Source: an uncultured archaeon
Lineage (GTDB): Archaea > Asgardarchaeota > Lokiarchaeia > Sigyniarchaeales > SOKP01
DNA length: 31,610 bases
Direction of reading: 5' to 3'
Assembly (NCBI GenBank): GCA_964632315.1
Contig: CAZWEM010000027.1
Location: 1-31,610 of the forward strand
Made by a program: the position numbers and the translations under genes
Shown: piece by piece, positions 25,681 to 31,610 of the stretch
How the letters are laid out: each line of letters begins with the position of its first letter
Position numbering within the stretch: position 1 is the stretch's first letter
The notes under the pieces: generated by a model
The model's database searches: none
What the model saw: only the letters and a program-made list of their open reading frames with translations
What the model was told of the DNA's origin: nothing

Positions 25681-25720
25681 ATCTTAAATCAAATTCTCTT
25701 GGCTTTGGATAATTTTTTTG
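25665..25720 (+). terminator. 12-bp hairpin followed by a U-rich tract (terminator/attenuator-like)
   Basis: GCCAAGGGAATT (25665-25676) pairs with AATTCTCTTGGC (25692-25703), one G-U pair on the + strand. Followed by TTTGGATAATTTTTTTG. Confidence 0.5.
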
Positions 25721-25809
25721 ATTGAAATTTTATAACTCTCTAGATATTATTTTTATTTTAAAGAATTGCCCTAATCCGAGATGGAGCAATTTCAAGCAAC
25801 AATATCCAC

Positions 25810-25838
25810 GAAAGATTTAAATAAATTAAAGATTTAAA
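25810..25838 (+). promoter_or_regulatory. BRE-TATA-like element within an 11-nt direct repeat upstream of pheS
   Basis: GAAAGA-TTTAAATA (25810-25823). AAAGATTTAAA occurs at 25811-25821 and 25828-25838. Confidence 0.4.
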
Positions 25839-25878
25839 AAATATATAGCGTAAAGGATTAGTAAATGGATAGAACATC

Positions 25879-27420
25879 ATGAAAATTAAACTTCGGAAAC
25901 AAACAATAGAGATATTAAAAACCTTACAAGAGAAGGAAGAAGATGTAGTGGCTTCGGAACTTGCAGATGAATTAAAGATGGATTACATCGTGTTAATGTC
26001 AGCAATAAACGATTTAATTCCTTTAGGATTAGGTGGTTTTAGAGAAGAAGAAGTAAACCAAGTAGCTTTAAATGATGAAGGTCTTAATTACTTAAAGAAT
26101 GGATTACCGGAACGTCAATTACTCCAACTGCTAAACAACAAAGGTGTAAAAGAAATTGAATTAGACGAATTCTTAAAGTTATCCAAACTAGATAAATCTC
26201 TATTTTACATTGGAATTTCAAATCTAAAAAAATTGAGATGGATTGCTCAAAGCAAGGCTTCGGGAACTACTAAAGTATTTCTGATAACTGATGAATTTCC
26301 TGAATCAGGTTTAGAGAAGTTCCTTAAAAAGTTCTCAAACAGTCAAGTCTTGAATTACTCTGAACTAAAACCTGCAGAAATTAATCTTTTAGACGTGTTA
26401 AATAAAAGAAAATTAATTAAAAAAATACAAAAAACCCAGCGGATGTTATATCTTACAGAAAAAGGAAAATCGTTAGATTTATCGCAAGTAGCCCTCTTGA
26501 AGCAAGAAAGTAAACTCACTAGTGAGATGCTTAGTACAGGATCGTGGAAAGATATTGAATTAAAACCATTTGACGTGACTAAACCGGGACCCCTATTGAA
26601 AGGAGGAAAAATCCATCCTATTGTAAACTTAATCAATGAAATTAGAGAGGTATTCCTTTCAATGGGTTTTACAGAAATTAGAGGACCAATTGTAGAAAGC
26701 GCTTTCTTCAACTTTGATGCATTATATCAACCACAAGACCATCCTGCTAGAGAACTTCAGGATACTTTTTATCTTAGTCGACCTAAATATGCTAAACTTC
26801 CTGAAAAAGATAGAGTTAAAGCGGTTAAGGAAACCCATGAAAAAGGAGGAGATTCTGGATCAACTGGATGGGGTTATAAATGGCGTGAAGAAATAGCAAA
26901 ACAAACTGTCCTTAGAACTCATACCACCGCTACAACAGTTAGGAGATTGGCTCAATATTATCGAAATAATGATCAAGTACCCATTAAAGTATTTTCTATT
27001 GATAGAGTTTTCCGAAATGAAAGATTAGATAAGTCACATCTGGCAGAATTTACCCAAATTGAAGGAATTGTAATTGACGATAATGTGAATCTATGCGATT
27101 TGATAGGTTTACTTTCAGAGTTTTATCGACGATTGGGATTTACTAAAATAGTTACTCGCCCCGGATTCTTTCCTTATACCGAACCTAGCATGGAAGTGTC
27201 CGTATATTACGAAAAACTCGGAGAATGGCTTGAAATGGGCGGTTCAGGAATATTTCGACCCGAAGTAACCTATCCTTTTGGAATAAAAGAGCCTACTAGA
27301 GTATTAGCATGGGGGCAAGGCCTTGAACGTATTGCCATGCTTTATTATGGTCGTGAAGATATCAGGGATTTCTACGTGAATCCGATAAAATGGTTAAGAC
27401 ATGAATCATATCATAAGTGA
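25879..27420 (+). CDS. pheS: Phenylalanyl-tRNA synthetase alpha subunit (archaeal/eukaryotic type with long N-terminal domains)
   Basis: GLPE, GKIHP, FNFDALYQPQDHPARELQDTF, LRTHTT, FRNE..D..HLAEFTQIEG, FPYTEPS, AWGQGLERIAM. Confidence 0.97.
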   Translation: MKIKLRKQTIEILKTLQEKEEDVVASELADELKMDYIVLMSAINDLIPLGLGGFREEEVNQVALNDEGLNYLKNGLPERQLLQLLNNKGVKEIELDEFLKLSKLDKSLFYIGISNLKKLRWIAQSKASGTTKVFLITDEFPESGLEKFLKKFSNSQVLNYSELKPAEINLLDVLNKRKLIKKIQKTQRMLYLTEKGKSLDLSQVALLKQESKLTSEMLSTGSWKDIELKPFDVTKPGPLLKGGKIHPIVNLINEIREVFLSMGFTEIRGPIVESAFFNFDALYQPQDHPARELQDTFYLSRPKYAKLPEKDRVKAVKETHEKGGDSGSTGWGYKWREEIAKQTVLRTHTTATTVRRLAQYYRNNDQVPIKVFSIDRVFRNERLDKSHLAEFTQIEGIVIDDNVNLCDLIGLLSEFYRRLGFTKIVTRPGFFPYTEPSMEVSVYYEKLGEWLEMGGSGIFRPEVTYPFGIKEPTRVLAWGQGLERIAMLYYGREDIRDFYVNPIKWLRHESYHK

Positions 27421-27430
27421 GGAATAGAAA

Positions 27431-29104
27431 ATGCCAACAATAGAATTAAAAATTGATCGATTAGAACGCTTGGTTGGAAAAAAACTCAATATAGAGGAGT
27501 TGGAATATGATCTTCAATGGATAAGTTTAGATCTGGAAGACATTAATAAAGAAGAACGGACGATTAAAGTGGAATATAATCCAAATCGCCCTGATTTCTC
27601 CTCACCAGAAGGAATTGCGAGAGCGTTGAAAGGTTATTATGAAATAGAATTAGGAATCCCTACGTTCGAATTAGGAGAGAGCAGCATTATAATGAATGTT
27701 GATCCTTCTGTGAAAAAAGTTAGACCATATATTGTTTGTGGTGTCGTTAGAAATATCGATCTTGATGATGATGAAGTAGCCACCCTAATGACGATTCAGG
27801 AGCATCTTCATTGGGCGGTAGGAAGAGATCGTAAAAAAGTAGCCATTGGAGTTCATGATTTAGATCAAGTTACACCTCCATATCGATATACAGCTGTAAA
27901 ACCCGATTCAGTCAGTTTTACTCCACTTCACGGAGACGGATATCCAATGAATCTTGAAGAGATTTTATTACTCCATGAAAAAGGAATGGAATATGCACAT
28001 ATCCTGGAGGGGAAGTCGGTATATCCCATAATATTCGATAAGAATGACCAAGTCCTCTCCTTTCCTCCAATAATTAATGGTGAATTAACCACCGTCACCG
28101 AAAAAACAAAGAACCTGTTCTTAGATCTCACGGGAACCGATTTTGATGCAATTAACTTAGCCTTAAATATCCTTGCAACTACTCTTGCTGATATGGGAGC
28201 CAAACTTGAAACTGTCAAGGTAATATATGAAGATAAAGAGATTATTACTCCAAATTTAGAATCTAAAAAATGGGGAGTAAGTAAAAAGTATCTTAATGAA
28301 GTGGTTGGATTAAATTTGTCTGAAGAAGAAATCATTAAGTGCTTCAAAAAAGTTAGATTAGAAGCTAATAGTTCGAGGAGAAAAGGATATTTAGATGTAT
28401 GGGTTCCCGCTTATAGGGGTGACATAATGCATCCAATCGATTTTACCGAGGAATTAGGAATAGGTTATGGCTATATTAATCTTCCCACTAACATACCCGA
28501 AGGAGGTTTCGGGACTTATCACCCTATATTAGAACTTTCAAATCAAATGCGTAAAATAATGATTGGTGCTGGTTATTTAGAGGTAATTAATTTCATCCTT
28601 TCCAATTCTGAAAAACAGTTTGATTTCATGAGACAGGAGAAGAAAAAAGCTGAACTGGTTGAAATTGCAAATCCAGTTTCAAAAGAATATGATACCACTC
28701 GAAAGTGGATTTTACCAGATTTAATGGACACATTACGCTTAAATCGTTCCGAAGAGAAACCCATTAGGTTATTTGAGGTAGGTGACGTGATAATTATTGA
28801 CAATAAGGAAGAAACAGGAGCAAAAAGGAAAGTACACTTAGCAGGAGTTACTTATCATGAAGATGCGGGATTTACAGAAGTTAGATCAGCAGTTGACTTC
28901 ATCATATCTTCATTAGGGCATCAAAAAGACTATGAAGTAAGACCAGGTAACAACCCAAGCTATATTGAAGGCAGGTACGGAGATATTTGCTTGAATGATG
29001 TTAAGATTGGTGAAATGGGAGAAATACATCCAAAAGTTCTATTGAATTTTAAATTAGAATTTCCTGTTTCGGCTTTTGAACTAGACTTACAAAAGCTTTT
29101 ATAA
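27431..29104 (+). CDS. pheT: Phenylalanyl-tRNA synthetase beta subunit (archaeal type)
   Basis: MPTI start, NPNRPD, GRDRKKVAIGVHDLD, SFPPIIN, VPAYRGDIMH, GEIHP. Directly after pheS. Confidence 0.97.
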   Translation: MPTIELKIDRLERLVGKKLNIEELEYDLQWISLDLEDINKEERTIKVEYNPNRPDFSSPEGIARALKGYYEIELGIPTFELGESSIIMNVDPSVKKVRPYIVCGVVRNIDLDDDEVATLMTIQEHLHWAVGRDRKKVAIGVHDLDQVTPPYRYTAVKPDSVSFTPLHGDGYPMNLEEILLLHEKGMEYAHILEGKSVYPIIFDKNDQVLSFPPIINGELTTVTEKTKNLFLDLTGTDFDAINLALNILATTLADMGAKLETVKVIYEDKEIITPNLESKKWGVSKKYLNEVVGLNLSEEEIIKCFKKVRLEANSSRRKGYLDVWVPAYRGDIMHPIDFTEELGIGYGYINLPTNIPEGGFGTYHPILELSNQMRKIMIGAGYLEVINFILSNSEKQFDFMRQEKKKAELVEIANPVSKEYDTTRKWILPDLMDTLRLNRSEEKPIRLFEVGDVIIIDNKEETGAKRKVHLAGVTYHEDAGFTEVRSAVDFIISSLGHQKDYEVRPGNNPSYIEGRYGDICLNDVKIGEMGEIHPKVLLNFKLEFPVSAFELDLQKLL

Positions 29105-29146
29105 AAATTCTATTTATCTAATATTTGAGTTTAAGAGGAAAATATC

Positions 29147-30247
29147 ATGAATGATAATGAGAAATTTGAGAAAGATTTAGATGAATTCAGGGAAAAAATA
29201 AATGAAATTGATGATGAAATCATTAATCTTCTCAATGAAAGAGCAAATTTAGTACTTGAAATTGGAAACGTGAAAAAACATCTAAATATTGACGTGATCC
29301 AGCCCAAACGTGAAGCAGAAATTTTTCAAAGATTGAGAAGTAAATCAACTATCTTCACTGCTTCTAGTATTGAAGCAATATGGAAGGAAATAATAAGTGC
29401 AAGTAGAGTAATCCAAGATTCTGTAGCCAAGGTTGGATATTTAGGACCATTAGGAACTTTTACGCATCAAGCAGCATTAGAATTTTTTCCTAAGGCAGGG
29501 AGCGAATTTATTTCCCTCAACAATTCTTTTGAAATTTGTGAAGGTGTAGAAAAGGGTCTTATTGAATATGGAGTCCTTCCTATCGAAAATAGCCTTCAAG
29601 GTACCGTTAGAGAAACGATAGATTTGTTGATCGAAAAAGATTTAGTAATTTATGGAGAAATTGAAATAAGAATCACTCAAAATTTAATCTCGCTTGAAAA
29701 ATTAGATATGTCTAAAATTAAAAACATTTTTTCTCATCCTCAAGCTTTTGCTCAAACACGAAATTGGATAAAAGTAAACATCCCGAATGCCAATTTGATA
29801 GAAGTGAGTTCTACAGCAGAAGCTGCCCGTAGGGTCAAAAAACTTAATGACTCAACTTACGCAGCCATAGGTACGCGTTTTGCGAGCGAGATTTATGATT
29901 TACACCTCTTGAAGGAGAAAATTGAAGATGAGAGCTCAAACTTTACCCGATTTTTGATTATTTCGAGTAAGGAAAACCCTCAAAAACAAGAAAAAATGAA
30001 AACCTCAATCGTTTTTGTTACCAAGCATGTGCCGGGTGCCTTATATTGGGTGTTAAAGATATTCACTGAATCAAAGATTAATCTTACAAAAATAGAATCA
30101 CGACCTCGACGTAGAGTTAGGTGGGAATATATCTTTTTTGTCGATTTTGAAGGTGATAAAACCGACCCAAACGTACAAGAAGCCCTCAGTTTGATGCAGA
30201 ATAATGTTATTTGGATGAAGATATTAGGGTCCTATCCGGCTAAGTGA
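29147..30247 (+). CDS. pheA: Bifunctional chorismate mutase / prephenate dehydratase (P-protein) with ACT domain
   Basis: AroQ N-terminus (FREKINEIDDEIINLLNER), YLGPLGTFT, LPIENS, SHPQA, NFTRF, LTKIESRP, LGSYP. GAGG RBS. Confidence 0.95.
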   Translation: MNDNEKFEKDLDEFREKINEIDDEIINLLNERANLVLEIGNVKKHLNIDVIQPKREAEIFQRLRSKSTIFTASSIEAIWKEIISASRVIQDSVAKVGYLGPLGTFTHQAALEFFPKAGSEFISLNNSFEICEGVEKGLIEYGVLPIENSLQGTVRETIDLLIEKDLVIYGEIEIRITQNLISLEKLDMSKIKNIFSHPQAFAQTRNWIKVNIPNANLIEVSSTAEAARRVKKLNDSTYAAIGTRFASEIYDLHLLKEKIEDESSNFTRFLIISSKENPQKQEKMKTSIVFVTKHVPGALYWVLKIFTESKINLTKIESRPRRRVRWEYIFFVDFEGDKTDPNVQEALSLMQNNVIWMKILGSYPAK

Positions 30248-30373
30248 TAACTATATAGAACAATAATATGTTCATTTCTTTCTAAAACTATTTTAATAAT
30301 AGAGATTTCACTTAATTACAGTTTATCAATTATTATTCTATATTTGATTTTAGACATTCACGGAAGACTTACC

Positions 30374-31102
30374 ATGCAAGCAAATGCACGATTTGATGGA
30401 AGAAATTTTGACGAAATAAGAAAGACCACTATTGAAAGAAATTATTTAAAATATCCAGAAGGATCTGTTTTAATAACTCAAGGCAATACAAAGATAATAG
30501 TAGCTGCCTCGGTTTTAGAGTCAGTTCCACGGTTTTTAGCTGATACAGGAACGGGCTGGATTACAGCAGAGTATAGCATGCTCCCCAGGGCTACACAGGT
30601 TAGAAATAATAGAGAGCGTGAACGATATATTAAAGGTAGAACACAAGAAATTCAGAGACTCATTGGGAGAAGCATGAGAGCTGCATTTAATTATGAAAAA
30701 ATTGGAGAACGCACGATTAAAATTGATTGTGATGTAATTCAAGCGGATGGAGGCACTCGTTGTGCTTCTATATCTGGAGCTTTCATTGCTGTATTTGATG
30801 CAATAAATTATTTATACAATGAACAAATGATTTACGATTTTCCCGATTACAACGTTACAGCGGCTATCTCTCTTGGCATTAAAGACGATAAGATACTTCT
30901 CGATCTTAACTATGAGGAAGACTCGAAAGTTGATGTCGATTTTAATCTAGTTCAAAATGAAAAAGGAGAAATTCTTGAAATCCAAGGAACCGCAGAAGGA
31001 GCTCCTTTTAATAGAGGACAAGTGAACCAAATATTAGAATTAGGGGAAAAAGGAATTCAAGAATTGATTAATCTTCAAAAAAGTGTGTTAAACTTATTAT
31101 AG
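30374..31102 (+). CDS. rph: Ribonuclease PH, bacterial type
   Basis: GWITAEYSMLPRAT, GRTQEIQRLIGRSMRA, DCDVIQADGGTRCASISGA, LDLNYEEDS, EIQGTAEGAPF. ATG 30374 preferred over TTG 30344. Confidence 0.92.
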   Translation: MQANARFDGRNFDEIRKTTIERNYLKYPEGSVLITQGNTKIIVAASVLESVPRFLADTGTGWITAEYSMLPRATQVRNNRERERYIKGRTQEIQRLIGRSMRAAFNYEKIGERTIKIDCDVIQADGGTRCASISGAFIAVFDAINYLYNEQMIYDFPDYNVTAAISLGIKDDKILLDLNYEEDSKVDVDFNLVQNEKGEILEIQGTAEGAPFNRGQVNQILELGEKGIQELINLQKSVLNLL

Positions 31103-31112
31103 TTCAAGATCA

Positions 31113-31610
31113 TTATCCCTTAATTTTACTACTACAATAAGGACAGTAATTGCTATTTAAATCTATTTCGGTATGACAATAGGGACACATTGAAGAGACT
31201 TCTGGTTCAACTTCTACTGGTGTTTTCTCTTTATAGATTTTTTTAATTATTTTTCTACGGTTTACTAATGTGATTATCGTTATCAGACTTGTAATTCCAA
31301 TAAGACCCAAAAAAATCAATGGAAAAATCCAATCAAGATTGGGTGCTGGGCTTGAAGGTTCCGTAATGGAATTAGTTGAGATTGAAAAAGTGACGTTTTT
31401 TGATTTGATAAATTCTCCATTGCATAATATTGAATGTAATTCAATCGAATGAGTCCCATCCTCCGGAAGTTTCATAGTAGTGTTTCCATTGATTGTCACG
31501 TATGGTTTTGAATCTAAGGTATAACCCATCCAATTATGTGAGAAACTAGTTTTAAAACTCAATAATATTCCTTCATTCAAGTTGTCGCCTATTTCATAGT
31601 AAGGATCCCA
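31113..31610 (-). CDS. C-terminal part of a membrane-anchored protein (beta-rich domain, TM, cytoplasmic zinc ribbon); 5' end lies outside the window
   Basis: The frame stays open to the window end (WDPYYEIGDNLNEGILL...), so the TTG at 31580 is probably internal. TM WIFPLIFLGLIGITSLITIITLV followed by RRK; CPYC..CPYC. Confidence 0.8.
   Translation of the reverse strand, partial: WDPYYEIGDNLNEGILLSFKTSFSHNWMGYTLDSKPYVTINGNTTMKLPEDGTHSIELHSILCNGEFIKSKNVTFSISTNSITEPSSPAPNLDWIFPLIFLGLIGITSLITIITLVNRRKIIKKIYKEKTPVEVEPEVSSMCPYCHTEIDLNSNYCPYCSSKIKG

Noticed and set aside
25520-25878. T-box riboswitch upstream of pheS
   Set aside because: No T-box consensus (GGTGGNACC) or UGGN antiterminator bulge; the bulge in the 25763-25792 stem is CCTAA.
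2813-27420. TGA read-through (Sec) at the ends of the U32, SCP2-like, 147-aa and pheS genes
   Set aside because: The proteins appear complete at the TGA, no catalytic Cys position is involved, and the following sequence is intergenic or belongs to the next gene.
2788-31452. Short overlapping ORFs in the track (e.g. 2788-3003, 8840-9040, 9674-9898, 11197-11508, 17275-17556, 18667-18948, 19241-19471, 20240-20449, 20551-20757, 21116-21298, 21219-21425, 21811-22011, 24736-24969, 26355-26711, 26714-26896, 27928-28347, 28573-28803, 30536-30742, 31270-31452)
   Set aside because: All lie antisense or out of frame over well-supported genes, most show the S/F/I/L-rich shadow composition, and none has a recognisable motif.
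1-31610. Mobile element, prophage or defence island
   Set aside because: No transposase, integrase, phage structural, restriction-modification or toxin-antitoxin genes were recognised; content is mainly housekeeping and metabolic.

Overview
AT-rich archaeal chromosomal segment with about 26 protein-coding genes. The organism is most consistent with Asgard archaea (Lokiarchaeia/Promethearchaeota). This is an inference from the archaeal/eukaryote-type PheRS, TyrRS and CoaD, DUF1512, a W-type AOR, a long 23-aa LRR solenoid, a Vps29-like phosphoesterase, SCP2 proteins, membrane zinc-ribbon proteins and BRE/TATA promoters. Gene order: partial dCMP deaminase, LarA-family racemase, U32/TrhP-like Fe-S protein, a histidine-degradation cluster (ftcD converging on hutU-hutH-hutI), AOR, LRR protein, Fe-ADH, SCP2-like protein, Vps29-like protein, tyrS, ppdK, HAD phosphatase, an RGG/aromatic-rich two-TM zinc-ribbon protein, a CBS-membrane protein, SCP2, DUF1512 with a divergent partner, coaD, pheS-pheT-pheA, a bacterial-type RNase PH and a truncated membrane protein. 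No rRNA, tRNA, CRISPR array or transposase was seen. The best candidate for a new system lies in the 359-nt gap before pheS-pheT-pheA. It holds an uncalled 32-codon aromatic-rich ORF (MKQIWTSNYYQRYIWPNQAQNSFKFFNLPREL) 21 nt after a TATA-like box. Its F-K-F-F codons lie just before a 12-bp hairpin that contains its stop codon and is followed by a U-tract. This resembles a leader-peptide attenuator, but the function is unproven.
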